A stretch of 64,000 bases of DNA from contig CAVZZD010000011.1 in assembly GCA_963779655.1 (NCBI GenBank), forward strand, positions 382-64,381, given 5' to 3'. Position 1 is the first letter of the stretch. Every line of letters starts with the position of its first letter. The notes under the pieces were generated by a model that was not told where the DNA came from, did not search any database, and worked only from the letters and a program-made list of their open reading frames with translations. Both the position numbers and the translations under genes were made by a program. This DNA is from an uncultured Actinomycetota bacterium. GTDB lineage: Bacteria; Actinomycetota; Actinomycetes; Mycobacteriales; Mycobacteriaceae. Positions 19,729 through 30,481 of this stretch are shown here, one piece after another.

Positions 19729-22700
19729 ATGGGCTACGCCAAACATGTGGGTCGGGTCGGTGCGCTGGCAGTGGCGCTGGGAGTGGGTACGGCGGTCGCG
19801 ACCGGAATCCCGGGCGTGGCCTGGGCCGAGCCGACCGATGCCGGAGCCTCGTCCGCGGCCGACAATGATTCGGCCGGCACCCCGAAGACCGACCTGTCAC
19901 CGTCGCAGGTGCCCGCCGTCTCGCCATCGGCGGTAACCGGCTCGAACACATCGAAGACATCGACATCGGACTTGGACGCGGCGGACTCGTCCTCGGCGCC
20001 GGCCGGTGCGTCGTCGTCACCCTCGCATAGCAGCACCGAAGTAGCCCCGGGTGTGGTTCTGTCCAGTTCGGGCGGTGCGCACACCTCCACCGACACGACG
20101 AACCCGTCGGCGCCTGCGGACCCCGAACCCACCAAGCAGCCCGCTGCGGCGTCAACCACCGACACCGAGCCGGTCGTGGCCGAGTCGGCACCAGAGCCGA
20201 CCCACGCGGTCGAGCCGGCCCGCAAGAAATCCAAGCGCGCCGCCGCCACGCCGCCATCGGTATCGACGCCGTCCGTCGAGCGGGCCGCCGCTACCGCGCC
20301 AGCGGAGTCCACCGGTGCCGACACCCCGGACACCGCGCCGAAACCGGACCCCGTACCGGAGGTCCAAGCTGCGTCCCCGAAGTCGATTTCGCTCGAACCG
20401 GTCACCCCGGCAAGCGTCCCTGCGGCACCCGAACCTGACCCCGAACCGACCGGGATCGTGGAGACCGTGTTGGCGTCGGTGTTGGCGCCCCTGGTGGCGC
20501 CGGGCCCGGCCGCCCCGGTGGAGCCGCCGGCCATGTGGGCGCTGCTGGCCGCCGCGCGCCGCCAGTTCGGCCAACCCAAGGCAGCCAAGGAAGCCGCCGA
20601 ACCCGTAGCCGATCCGGTGCTGACCAGTGAAACGCTGTCCGATCTCCCGACTGTCATGTCGACGGTCGCGGTGCAGGCTGCGGTGGACCCGGCCGAACTG
20701 ATCAACACCGGGTCGGTGCCGGTGGGCAGCGCCCCCTCCGGGATAGCCGTCTCCGGCGGCAAGGCCTATGTGACCAACCGAGGCGCCAACACGGTGTCGG
20801 TGATCGACACCGCCACGAACACGGTCAGTGCGACCATCACCGTGGGCAGTTCGCCGTCGGCGGTGGCGGTATCTGCCGATGGTGCGCGGGCCTATGTCGC
20901 CAACCGTGGCGCGGGCACCGTGTCGGTGATCGACACCGCCACCAACACGGTGATCGCCACCGTGAAGGTCGGCACCAATCCGCAAGGCGTCGCGGTCAGC
21001 CCGGACGGCACCCGGGTGTGGGTGGCCAATGGCGGCTCCAACACGATCACCAAGATCAACACCGTCACCAACACCGTGACCACCACGATCAAGGTCGGCT
21101 CCGCCCCGTCGGGTGTCACTGTCAGCGGCGACGGCAAGTACGCCTACGTCACCAACAAGGGCGGTGATTCGGTATCGGTCATCACCGTGTCCTCCAATGC
21201 CGTGAAAACCATTACCGGCGTGGGTGATTCACCGACCAGCTTCACCCTGGGCACTAGCGGCAAGGCCTATGTGACCAATCTCGACGGCACCGTCGCGGTC
21301 ATCAACACCGCCACCAATACCGTCAGTGCGACGATCACCACCAGCGCCCCGGCCAACGCCGCCGCGCTGTCGGCCGACGGCACCATGCTCCTCGTCGCCC
21401 ACACCAACGACACCCTCACCGCCATCGACACCACCACCAACACCATCATCGACACCCTGCAGACCGACCCCACCCCAGACGCCGTCAGCGCCCCGGTGAT
21501 CGCCGTCAACGCCGCGGGAACCATCTACGTCACCGACAACACCGACAACACCGTGCGCATCGTCAAGTACGGCACCGCCACGTCGAATCGCCCGCCGGTG
21601 GCGGGTGCTCCGGTCGTGGGTGCGCCGAATGTGAATACCGGGGTGGTCACCGGGTTGTTGCCGGCGTCCGATCCGGACGGGGACGCGTTGTCCTACACCG
21701 TCACCGGTGCACCCAGCGGGGGCACGGTCAGCGTCGACTCGATCACCAAGACGTTCATCTACACCCCCGGGCAGGCTGCCCGGCTGGCGGCCGGGCAGAC
21801 GGCGGGCGCGGACACCGATTCCTTCATCGTCACGATATCCGACGGCCGGGACAGCGTCAGCGTCAGCGTCAATGTCACCGTCGCACCGACCCACCTGGCC
21901 ACCGGCGTGACCACCACCGTCGGTTCGACGCCGACCGCGGTGGCGGTGTCAGGTGGGCGCGCCTATGTCGTCAACAGTGCTGCGGGCACCGTGTCCGTCG
22001 TCGACACCGCGACCAAAGCGGTCAGTGCGACGATCACCGTGGGCAGTTCGCCGTCGGCGGTGGCGGTGTCTGCCGATGGGACGCGGGCCTATGTCGCCAA
22101 CCGTGGCGCCAATACGGTGTCGGTCATCGACACCGCCACCAACACGGTGATCGCCACCGTCAACGTCGGCACCAACCCCCAAGGTGTCGCGGTCAGCCCG
22201 GACGGCACCCGGGCGTGGGTCGCCAACGGGGGCTCCAACACGGTCACCAAGATCAACACCGTCACCAACACCGTGACCACCACGATCAAGGTCGGCACCA
22301 ACCCCTCGAGCATCACCGTCAGCGCCGACGGCAAGTACGCCTACGTCACCAACAAGGGCGGTGATTCGGTGTCGGTCATTACCGTGTCCTCCAATGCCGT
22401 GAAAACCATTACCGGCGTGGGTGATTCACCGACCAGCCTCACCCTGGGCACCGGCGGCAAGGCCTATGTGACCAATCTCGACGGCACCGTCGCGGTCGTC
22501 AACACCGCCACCAATACCGTCAGTGCGACGATCACCACCAGCGCCCCGGCCAACGCCGCCGCGCTGTCGGCCGACGGCACCATGCTCCTCGTCGCCCACA
22601 CCAACGACACCCTCACCGCCATCGACACCACCACCAACACCGTCATCGACACCCTGCAGACCGATACCACCCCCGAGCTCGGCGCCCCCGCACTGGCGGT

Positions 22701-23703
22701 GGTCGGAAACACCTTCTACCTGACCGACAGCACCGACAATCTGTTGCGCACCGTCACCGTGGCGAATGGAACCGCCACCAACCCCACGCCGGGTGTCACG
22801 GTCGTCGGCACCATCGCCGACTCCGCCCACCCGTGGGCGGTCGCACTCAGCGCGGACGGTTCGACCATCTACGTCAGCCACTTCCCGAATCTGGGCACCC
22901 AGCAGGGGTGGCCGGTGTCAGTCATCAACACCACCACCAAGACCAACACCACCATCTGGCTTCCGACGCTCGCTGCCACCATCGGCGGGATGACCGACAT
23001 CGCCGTCAGCCCCGACGGCACCCACTTCTATGTCGCCAACCCGATCGAGGGCAGGGTCACCGTCCACGACAGCACCACCAATACCAACCAAACCATCAAC
23101 ATCGCTGGGGCGTGGGCGGTCACGGTCAGCCCGGACGGCGCCCACGCCTACGTCACCGCCTCCGGCGCAGGCACGGTGTCGGTGATCGACACCGCCACCA
23201 ACACCGTCACCACCACCATCCCTGTCGGCACCAACCCCACCGCGGTGGCGGTCACCCCCAACAACACCAAGGCCTATGTTCTGAACACCGGCGCAGGCAC
23301 GGTGTCGGTGCTCGACACCGCCACGAACACCGTCGCCACCACCATCACCGTTGGCACCCAACCTTATTCGATCGCCCTCAGTGCAGACGGCACCCGCGCC
23401 TACGTCACCAACACCGGTTCGGGCACCGTCTCGGTGATCAACACCGCCACCAACATCGTCACCGACACCATCACCGTCGGCGGCCAGCCCTGGGCCATCG
23501 CCGTCAGTCCCGACGGCACCCGCGCCTACGTCACCGACACCAGTACCGGCACCATCACCGTCATCAACACGGCCACCAAGGCCTTCGCCGGCACCGTCAT
23601 CGGCGGCCAGCCCTGGGACATCACCATCAGTCCCGACGGTACCCACGCCTACGTGGCCTACTACAACGACAGCACCATCAAGGTCCTGGCACTGAACGGT
23701 TGA
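19729..23703 (+). CDS. large secreted YVTN/YncE beta-propeller repeat protein with Ig-like domain
   Basis: GRVGALAVALGVG signal, Ser/Pro/Thr linker, many AYVTN..GTVSVIDT repeats, ASDPDGDALSY domain. Confidence 0.9.
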   Translation: MGYAKHVGRVGALAVALGVGTAVATGIPGVAWAEPTDAGASSAADNDSAGTPKTDLSPSQVPAVSPSAVTGSNTSKTSTSDLDAADSSSAPAGASSSPSHSSTEVAPGVVLSSSGGAHTSTDTTNPSAPADPEPTKQPAAASTTDTEPVVAESAPEPTHAVEPARKKSKRAAATPPSVSTPSVERAAATAPAESTGADTPDTAPKPDPVPEVQAASPKSISLEPVTPASVPAAPEPDPEPTGIVETVLASVLAPLVAPGPAAPVEPPAMWALLAAARRQFGQPKAAKEAAEPVADPVLTSETLSDLPTVMSTVAVQAAVDPAELINTGSVPVGSAPSGIAVSGGKAYVTNRGANTVSVIDTATNTVSATITVGSSPSAVAVSADGARAYVANRGAGTVSVIDTATNTVIATVKVGTNPQGVAVSPDGTRVWVANGGSNTITKINTVTNTVTTTIKVGSAPSGVTVSGDGKYAYVTNKGGDSVSVITVSSNAVKTITGVGDSPTSFTLGTSGKAYVTNLDGTVAVINTATNTVSATITTSAPANAAALSADGTMLLVAHTNDTLTAIDTTTNTIIDTLQTDPTPDAVSAPVIAVNAAGTIYVTDNTDNTVRIVKYGTATSNRPPVAGAPVVGAPNVNTGVVTGLLPASDPDGDALSYTVTGAPSGGTVSVDSITKTFIYTPGQAARLAAGQTAGADTDSFIVTISDGRDSVSVSVNVTVAPTHLATGVTTTVGSTPTAVAVSGGRAYVVNSAAGTVSVVDTATKAVSATITVGSSPSAVAVSADGTRAYVANRGANTVSVIDTATNTVIATVNVGTNPQGVAVSPDGTRAWVANGGSNTVTKINTVTNTVTTTIKVGTNPSSITVSADGKYAYVTNKGGDSVSVITVSSNAVKTITGVGDSPTSLTLGTGGKAYVTNLDGTVAVVNTATNTVSATITTSAPANAAALSADGTMLLVAHTNDTLTAIDTTTNTVIDTLQTDTTPELGAPALAVVGNTFYLTDSTDNLLRTVTVANGTATNPTPGVTVVGTIADSAHPWAVALSADGSTIYVSHFPNLGTQQGWPVSVINTTTKTNTTIWLPTLAATIGGMTDIAVSPDGTHFYVANPIEGRVTVHDSTTNTNQTINIAGAWAVTVSPDGAHAYVTASGAGTVSVIDTATNTVTTTIPVGTNPTAVAVTPNNTKAYVLNTGAGTVSVLDTATNTVATTITVGTQPYSIALSADGTRAYVTNTGSGTVSVINTATNIVTDTITVGGQPWAIAVSPDGTRAYVTDTSTGTITVINTATKAFAGTVIGGQPWDITISPDGTHAYVAYYNDSTIKVLALNG
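20800..22667 (+). repeat. intragenic duplication of a propeller unit (~670 bp, offset 1197 bp)
   Basis: Near-identical DNA at ~20800-21470 and ~21997-22667. Confidence 0.85.
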
Positions 23704-23796
23704 TGCCGAGTGACGATATCGCTGACCCGGGCACACGGGCGACGACGCCGGCCCCGGGGGCCTTCGATATCGCACCAAAGATGACACCATCATGGC

Positions 23797-26700
23797 GTGA
23801 GTGACAGTGTGATCCGCCGCGCCAGTCCCGCCGCCGGGGCTTCGATCGACGAGTTGCTCGAAGGCGCCGTGGCGGCCATCAACCGTGGTGATCGCGCTGC
23901 CGCGACGGCGTTGGCCGGGCAGGTGCTGGCCGTCGACCGCGACAACGCCGATGCCGAGGACCTGCTTGCCACGCCGGATGACGCCGGCCAGATCCGACGA
24001 TTGACGATCCTGTTCGCGGATCTGGTGGATTCCACGGTGTTGTCCACCCGGGTGGAACCCGAGACGTACCGGTTGCTGGTCGGCCGTTACCGCGATCAGG
24101 TCGTGTCCATCGTGAATCGCTTCGAGGGCCATGTCGGCTCGACGAAGGGTGACGGACTGCTGGCGGGGTTCGGTCACCCCAGCGCTCATGAGGACGATGT
24201 GCGCCGGGCGGTTCTGGCCGGGTTGGAGATCACCCGCCAGGTGTCCCGGCTCAGCGAGCAGGCCAAGCGGCGCTTCGGAATTGAGCTCACTGTCCGAGTG
24301 GGGGTGCATCGCGGGCTGGTGTATCTGGACACCGCGCAAGACGACGTGTACGGATTGGCGGCCAATCTGGCGGCGCGGGTCTCGGGGCTTGCACCGCCGG
24401 GGACAGTCGTCGTCTCCGATGCGATCGAGCCGCTGCTGCGAGACGCTTTCGAGCTGCAGGCCCTGCCCGCTGCCACAGTCAAGGGGGTCGACGGGCTGAT
24501 CGCCCACCACCTCGTGGTGGGGGAGCGCTCCGAGCAGGCGACGATCACCCGTGGTCCGCTGGTGGGCCGCGACCGCGAACTGGAGTACCTCGAGAGCAGT
24601 TGGGCGCGCGCGCTGGCGGGCACGCTGCCCACGCCGGGGGTGGTGTTCCGGGGCGAGCCCGGCATTGGCAAGAGCCGCCTGGCGTCGGCGGCGGCGGACT
24701 TCGTCGCCGACTCCGGCGTCGTCCTGCCGGAACTGATCGGGTCGCCGTTCCATACCGACACGGGCCTGCATCCCGTGCGTGGTTTTATCGAAAAACGTTG
24801 TGGGATAGACCGTTTGAGCGACCAGCAGCATCGCCTGCGGCTGTTGAACGCCGAGGTCACGGCCGTCGGCCTGGATCCCGTCACCGTGGTGCCGTTGTTG
24901 GCGCCGGTGATGGGGATCGGCGCTGCGGCCGGCTATGAGCCGGTGCCCGCCGAGGGCCGCAAACTCTACGAGCTGATCGCGCAGGCGGTCCAGAGCTATC
25001 TGCTGGCTTGTGTCGGCGACAGTGCGGGCCTGGTGGTGGCTGAGGATGTGCACTTGTTCGATCCGACCACCCTCGAGGTCCTCGGCGCACTGCTCGACAA
25101 TGCGGCCCGGGCTCGGCTGCTGGTCGTGATCACGGGGCGCCCCGGTGACTGGCTGCCCGCCACGTGGCCGGTCGAGGTGTTCGACCTGACACCGTTGTCC
25201 GAGCAGCAGACCGACGCCCTGATCGCGACGCTGGGTCCGGCGCTTTCGACCGACAACCGCGCGGCGGTGGCCCGCCGCTGCGACGGGGTTCCGTTCTACA
25301 TTGAGCAAGTCGTGGCCGGCATCGCCGAAACCGGGGTTCCCGAGGCGCTGTACGAGCCGTTGTTCGCCCGCCTGGGCGCGAGCGCCAAATCGGTGCCGGT
25401 CGTGGAAGCGGCCGCCATCATCGGCCGCCACGTCGACCGAGATCTGTTGTGCTCTGTGGTCGACCTGAGCAACGAAGAGATCGACGACGTCATCGACGAA
25501 CTCGAGAATGCCCTGGTTCTGGAGCCGTGGCACAACGACGGCTGGCGGTTTCGCCACGAGCTGCTGCGCGAGGTCGCTGCGGAACTGGCGCCACCGAGCG
25601 TGGCCCGCGGGCTGCACGCCCGGGTGGCCGACGCCCTGGTCAACGGTGCGGAAGGCGAGCCGGACTGGCGGCTGATCGCCACCCACTACGAGCGGGCCGA
25701 GCGACTCGACGAGGCCGCCTCGGCCTACCGGCAGGCATCAACGGCTGCCCGCCTGCGCGGCGCAGGGGCCGAGGCCCGAACCTATCTGACTCTGGCCCTG
25801 TCAGGGCTCGAGCAAGCCACACCCGGCCGGGACCGCGACGGGCGCGAGATCGCCTTGCGACTGGAGCGAGGATTCCTCGCGGCCATCGTCGAAGGCGGCC
25901 AAAGCCCCGCCGCCGCAGCCGATTTCGAGCGGTGCCTGCAGCTGGCAGGTCCCGATCTGGATGAAGCCGACCTGGTGGCGACCCTGCTCGCCGTGACGGT
26001 GTACTACTTCATGCGCGCTGACTTGGGCCGGGCCACCCAGGTGCACGAGGCCCTGCGCACGAACCTCGGGGAGGAGGGCCGGCAGTGGTTCCGCCCGGTG
26101 CTGGAGACCGGGTCGGGGTTGGTGGCGTGTCTGCGCGGCGAATTCGGTGACGCGCGCATTCATCTCGAGGCCGCCACCGCCGGCCAGACCACAGCAGACC
26201 GTCGCGACGTCGACGCCGTGTGGTTGGTGCCCGGCGACCAGATCACCAACGCGTACATCCACCTGGGCATGATCGGCCTCGTCCGCGGCGATCTCACCGG
26301 CGCCCAGGCCGAGCTGGCGCGGGCGGCAGACTGGGCCGAACAACTCGGCTTCCCGCAGGGCCCGTTCTCCCTCGCCTATACCCGCTCATTCGAGATCCGG
26401 GTGTGTATCGAAGCCGGCCAACTCGATCGGGCCGCGATGCTGGCCGCGGACTTGACCAATCAGGCCGAACAGCATGGATTCGACCTCTGGCTCCTGTTCG
26501 GGGCCACCCTGCAGTCCAATGCCGACGGCATGGCGGCACTCGCCGCCGACGACCCCGACCCGACCACACTGCAGACCCACATCGCGACCATCACCGCGCT
26601 GCTCGAGACGTGGCAGGCCTTCGAGGTGAACATGTACCGCACATTCTTCGACGGCTATCTCGCCCGATTGCTCACCGCCACCGGGCAACTCGACGAAGCC

Positions 26701-27009
26701 CGCGGCCGCCTGGACACCGCACTGCAGCTGGCCGATGGGACCGGGATGCGTTTCTACGACGCGGAGCTGTTGCGGCTTCGTGCCCGCACCCACACCGATC
26801 CCGACGCTCGTCGAGCCGACCTCGCCGCGGCCCTCGACCTCGCGCGCCGCCAGGGGGCGACCCTGTTCGAACTGCGCGCGGCTCTCGATGACTTCGAGCT
26901 TCGGGGTCAGCCGGCGCGGGCCGCCCTCATCGATGCAGCCGGGCGGATACCAGCCGACAACGGGTGGCCGGAACTGGCGCGGGCCGAAGCGGGCCTTTCG
27001 GCGGTCTAG
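23797..27009 (+). CDS. class III adenylate/guanylate cyclase + AAA/STAND ATPase + TPR-like protein
   Basis: LFADLVDST, GDG, RVGVHRG, YGLAANLAAR; Walker A GEPGIGKS; FRHELLRE. Confidence 0.9.
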   Translation: MSDSVIRRASPAAGASIDELLEGAVAAINRGDRAAATALAGQVLAVDRDNADAEDLLATPDDAGQIRRLTILFADLVDSTVLSTRVEPETYRLLVGRYRDQVVSIVNRFEGHVGSTKGDGLLAGFGHPSAHEDDVRRAVLAGLEITRQVSRLSEQAKRRFGIELTVRVGVHRGLVYLDTAQDDVYGLAANLAARVSGLAPPGTVVVSDAIEPLLRDAFELQALPAATVKGVDGLIAHHLVVGERSEQATITRGPLVGRDRELEYLESSWARALAGTLPTPGVVFRGEPGIGKSRLASAAADFVADSGVVLPELIGSPFHTDTGLHPVRGFIEKRCGIDRLSDQQHRLRLLNAEVTAVGLDPVTVVPLLAPVMGIGAAAGYEPVPAEGRKLYELIAQAVQSYLLACVGDSAGLVVAEDVHLFDPTTLEVLGALLDNAARARLLVVITGRPGDWLPATWPVEVFDLTPLSEQQTDALIATLGPALSTDNRAAVARRCDGVPFYIEQVVAGIAETGVPEALYEPLFARLGASAKSVPVVEAAAIIGRHVDRDLLCSVVDLSNEEIDDVIDELENALVLEPWHNDGWRFRHELLREVAAELAPPSVARGLHARVADALVNGAEGEPDWRLIATHYERAERLDEAASAYRQASTAARLRGAGAEARTYLTLALSGLEQATPGRDRDGREIALRLERGFLAAIVEGGQSPAAAADFERCLQLAGPDLDEADLVATLLAVTVYYFMRADLGRATQVHEALRTNLGEEGRQWFRPVLETGSGLVACLRGEFGDARIHLEAATAGQTTADRRDVDAVWLVPGDQITNAYIHLGMIGLVRGDLTGAQAELARAADWAEQLGFPQGPFSLAYTRSFEIRVCIEAGQLDRAAMLAADLTNQAEQHGFDLWLLFGATLQSNADGMAALAADDPDPTTLQTHIATITALLETWQAFEVNMYRTFFDGYLARLLTATGQLDEARGRLDTALQLADGTGMRFYDAELLRLRARTHTDPDARRADLAAALDLARRQGATLFELRAALDDFELRGQPARAALIDAAGRIPADNGWPELARAEAGLSAV

Positions 27010-27052
27010 GCCATTTCGGTGATCTGCGCGAACCGGGTAGACCCGTCGCCGG

Positions 27053-27652
27053 TCAGGTGTGCAGGTGCACGCGCTCGCCGTGCACGCCGAAAATCGCGAT
27101 GGCTTCCACGGGGCCGTCGATGGCGCCGAACCAGTGCCGTGTCCGGGTGGAGAACTCCACGGCCTCGCCGGGCACGATGGTGAATTCCTCCTCGCCCAGC
27201 AGCAGGCGCAGCCGCCCGGACAACACGTACAGCCATTCCTGGCCCTCGTGCACCGGCAGCTCGTCGGGTGGGGTGCGCCGCCGGGCGCTTACCTTGATCT
27301 TGTAGGCATGCAGTCCGCCGGCCGGCCCCTGCCGCGTCAGCGGCCAGTACGTGACGCCATCGCGGGTGAAAGAGTTCGACTGCACCCGCGGGTCGGTTCG
27401 CTCGGGGGCGCGCATCAGATCGTCGGTGCTCACCGACAGCGCTTCGGCCAGCCGCGGCAGGTGGTCGAGCGCAAGCCTGCGTTTACCCGATTCCAGCCGG
27501 GACAGCGTCGAGACGTCGATCTGCGCGCGGGTCGCGACGTCCTCCAGCGTCAGCCCCCGTTCGGTGCGCAACTCCCGTAACCGCCGGCGAACGCGGGCGT
27601 CGACCGAATCCTCGTTTGCCTGCACGGCAAATAAGATTGGCATTTCTGCCAT
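27053..27652 (-). CDS. XRE-family HTH + cupin regulator
   Basis: LRELRTERGLTLEDVA..STLSRLESG; HEGQEWLYVLSG. Confidence 0.9.
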   Translation of the reverse strand: MAEMPILFAVQANEDSVDARVRRRLRELRTERGLTLEDVATRAQIDVSTLSRLESGKRRLALDHLPRLAEALSVSTDDLMRAPERTDPRVQSNSFTRDGVTYWPLTRQGPAGGLHAYKIKVSARRRTPPDELPVHEGQEWLYVLSGRLRLLLGEEEFTIVPGEAVEFSTRTRHWFGAIDGPVEAIAIFGVHGERVHLHT

Positions 27653-27672
27653 CCGAAGGCAAGCTCGACGTC

Positions 27673-27848
27673 ATGGACAAGGAATGGGATTGCGTCATCG
27701 TCGGCGGCGGCGCCGCCGGGTTGAGCGCCGCACTGGTGCTCGGCCGGCCGCGGTGATGCAGACCCTCTTGAACGGCGATGTCGGCCTGCCCGTCCCGCCC
27801 TGGCCAAACGTCAACAGCACCAAGGAGAACAACTATGCGCATGCCTGA
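27673..27848 (+). pseudogene. thioredoxin-reductase-like FAD oxidoreductase with large internal deletion
   Basis: MDKEWDCVIVGGGAAGLSAALVLGR joined directly to a C-terminal-like segment in another frame. Confidence 0.75.
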
Positions 27849-28470
27849 ACCCGGCCAGTCGGCCGCCGAATTCTGGGACGGCCTGTACGGGTCGAGTGAA
27901 CGGATCTGGAGCGGAGGGGTGAACGCAAGGCTCGCCGAGGTGGTCGCCGAACTACCGCCGGGCCGCGCCCTCGACCTCGGCTGCGGCGAAGGCGGCGACG
28001 CGATGTGGCTCGCCGAGCACGGCTGGCGTGTGGTTGCGACCGACGTGTCGCCGGTTGCCCTTGCGCGCGCCGAAGGGGACGCCGCCGTTCGCGGCGTCGC
28101 CAACCGGATCGAATTCCTGCACACCGATTTGTCCGAAGGCGTGCCGCCGGGCCCGTTCGACCTGGCCTCGGCGCACTTTCTGCACTCGCCGGAGGGCCTG
28201 GGCTTGGACCGAAACGCTCTGTTGCGGGCCGCGGCCGAAACGGTCGCGCCGGGCGGGCTGCTCCTGATCGTCGATCACGGTTCGGCGCCACCGTGGTCCG
28301 ACCATCACGATCACGCGTTCCCCGGCATCACCGAGGTCCTGGGAGCGCTGAAGCTCGATCCGGCCGTCTGGCAGCGCGTCCGCGCCTCGGCGGTCCACCG
28401 CGAGGTGACGGGACCGGACGGTCAGGTCGCGACCATCGCCGACAACGTGATGCTGCTCAGACGCTCCTAG
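27835..28470 (+). CDS. class I SAM-dependent methyltransferase
   Basis: ALDLGCGEGGDA motif I; APGGLLLIV. Confidence 0.9.
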   Translation: MRMPEPGQSAAEFWDGLYGSSERIWSGGVNARLAEVVAELPPGRALDLGCGEGGDAMWLAEHGWRVVATDVSPVALARAEGDAAVRGVANRIEFLHTDLSEGVPPGPFDLASAHFLHSPEGLGLDRNALLRAAAETVAPGGLLLIVDHGSAPPWSDHHDHAFPGITEVLGALKLDPAVWQRVRASAVHREVTGPDGQVATIADNVMLLRRS

Positions 28471-28476
28471 TCGTGC

Positions 28477-29100
28477 CTACTTCGTGACCGGCACGGCCAC
28501 TTCATTGCGTCGCCGGAACGGCACCGTCCACGGCGGGTCGTAGAACCACGCCACAGGTTCGCCGGACGGCTCCAGGTTGCTGTCCCGCAACGTCTTCAAC
28601 AGCTCATCGATGCGCTCGCTTACGGACTCGGGGTCGCGGTCGCCGGAGAACCTCAGCACGGCGACTGTCTCGGCGGGCACCTCGACCAGGCGTACGGCGT
28701 CGTCGTCGGGTTCCGGCAGCGTTTCCAGCGACCACTTCGACGGCATGAAGAACCGGATCACCGATCCGCCGTCGGGGCCGGTCGCCTGTGACACGGGCGC
28801 CGTCATGGCGATCTTGTCGCGGCCCTGCGCCACCGGGGCGGTCATGGCGATCTTCGTGTGGCGATGATTGCCGCCAAAGATGTAGCCGGCCAGTCGCCGG
28901 AAGCCGGTGCTGCGGGCCGCTTCTTCATCGGCGTAGACAGTTGTCTCCGCAGCGATCCGGGGCCCGTAGCGCCGGATTTCCACCCGATCGTTGAGTCGTT
29001 CGCCCACGTAGTGGGGTTCCTCGGTGCCGACACGGATACCGACGATGCCGCCGAGTCCATCGAGTACCTGACCTGATGCAGAGAGAACCTTCTTGATCAT
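28477..29100 (-). CDS. SOUL family heme-binding protein
   Basis: EIRRYGP, GFRRLAGYIFGGN, IAMTAPV, YDPPWTVPFRRRNEV. Confidence 0.9.
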   Translation of the reverse strand: MIKKVLSASGQVLDGLGGIVGIRVGTEEPHYVGERLNDRVEIRRYGPRIAAETTVYADEEAARSTGFRRLAGYIFGGNHRHTKIAMTAPVAQGRDKIAMTAPVSQATGPDGGSVIRFFMPSKWSLETLPEPDDDAVRLVEVPAETVAVLRFSGDRDPESVSERIDELLKTLRDSNLEPSGEPVAWFYDPPWTVPFRRRNEVAVPVTK

Positions 29101-29171
29101 GGGTGTGGGCATACCCATCCTGGGCTGAGCAACACCCCGTGGCCTGACGGTCGTCCAGATGCGGTCATTGT

Positions 29172-29570
29172 CTACGCGGGCGGCGCGAAGAACTCCAGGG
29201 CGATGCCGTCGGGGTCGCGGAAGCTCAACCCAGAGCCGTAGTGCGCGTCGACGATGCCACCGTGCGCCACGCCCAGTTCGTCGAGGCGCGTCGCCCACGA
29301 CTCGAGTTCGGCGCGCGACGCGCAGCCGAAGGCGACGTGGTCCAACCCGGCCCGGAACTCGCTGAACTTCTCGTCGGGTGCGGGCGTGGCGTGCTGGTGG
29401 ATACCGAACAGGGTGCCGCTGCCCAGCGCCCACACCGCATGGTGGAAGCCGGCGTCGGTGTCCTCGTCGAGCGCCGGGTCGCTGCCGAACAGTGCGCGGT
29501 ACCAGGGCGTGCTGATCGACAGGTCGCGCACGGTGACGGCGACGTGGGTCAGAGCGGGGAATTCGGGCAT
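29172..29570 (-). CDS. VOC/glyoxalase family protein
   Basis: HVAVTVRDL, GLDHVAF, FRDPDGIALE. Confidence 0.9.
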   Translation of the reverse strand: MPEFPALTHVAVTVRDLSISTPWYRALFGSDPALDEDTDAGFHHAVWALGSGTLFGIHQHATPAPDEKFSEFRAGLDHVAFGCASRAELESWATRLDELGVAHGGIVDAHYGSGLSFRDPDGIALEFFAPPA

Positions 29571-29631
29571 GACGGCTCCTGTCGCGGGTGGATCGCTTGA
29601 TTGTAGGTACGTGTGCGGGCGGCCCGATGGT

Positions 29632-30444
29632 TCACACGATCCGCCGGCCGAGGCTGGCGCGCATCCGCATGTCCCACAGGTACAGCTGATAGCCGGCCAG
29701 CCAGGTCCGCCGCGGGATGATCCGGTCGGCCAGTCGCAGCGCGGTGATCAGTAGCTCGAACCGGCGTTGCTGGCCCGCGCCCCACGGCAGCGCCATCATC
29801 GTGCGGAACTGTGCGGGCAGAAAGCCGGTGGTCGCGAACAGGCTGAAGGGCCCGGCGACCGCGCGCATCGGCCACGGCAGGAAGGCGAGCTCGGCCACCC
29901 CCTTGAGGTGCTCGCGCACGGGCGGGTCGACGCGCAAGTCGTCGAGTGAGCGCTCCCAGTAGTCGTCGAACGCGGCTCGGTCGACGGGCCACATGTCCTC
30001 GCGCACCTGCAGCGTGGTGCCCAGCCGCCGCGCGTCTTGATACACCGCGTCGGCGGCCTCGTCGTCGAGCGGGCCGTAGAGGAACTCGTGCGCGTCGACG
30101 TAGTACCGATACAGGCAGGCCGCCACCCACAGCTGAAGCTTCGGGTCGAACGCGTTGTAGGACAACGGGCTTGATGCGGTCGACCGCACTTGTTGGTGGG
30201 CGTGGTCGACCGCGCCGCGGATGAGTTCGCGGTCGGCGTCGGTGCCGAGGGTGGCCGCCGCCAGGTAGGTGCCGGTGGTGCGGGCGCGTTTGAACGGGTG
30301 CTTGTAGACGTTGCCGCTGTCGACCGGGCTCTCCAGCACGCCGTAGCCGACGCCGGGCGCCGACAACTGCATGATGACGTTGGCCGCAGGCAGCAGCATC
30401 GAGGCCGGGTTGATCAGGTCGGCGACCCGGGTGGGACGGCGCAT
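29632..30444 (-). CDS. MpaB-like oxygenase / DUF2236 (Rv2237 ortholog)
   Basis: [33 protein letters not shown]; synteny. Confidence 0.88.
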   Translation of the reverse strand: MRRPTRVADLINPASMLLPAANVIMQLSAPGVGYGVLESPVDSGNVYKHPFKRARTTGTYLAAATLGTDADRELIRGAVDHAHQQVRSTASSPLSYNAFDPKLQLWVAACLYRYYVDAHEFLYGPLDDEAADAVYQDARRLGTTLQVREDMWPVDRAAFDDYWERSLDDLRVDPPVREHLKGVAELAFLPWPMRAVAGPFSLFATTGFLPAQFRTMMALPWGAGQQRRFELLITALRLADRIIPRRTWLAGYQLYLWDMRMRASLGRRIV

Positions 30445-30481
30445 GGAAGCGAGTACACCACCTTGTGAGACGCTGCCGGGG

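Noticed and set aside
22918-25686. Long antisense ORFs (922 aa here; also 60236-62338, 29549-31255 and others)
   Set aside because: Shadow frames of high-GC genes with no recognisable motifs
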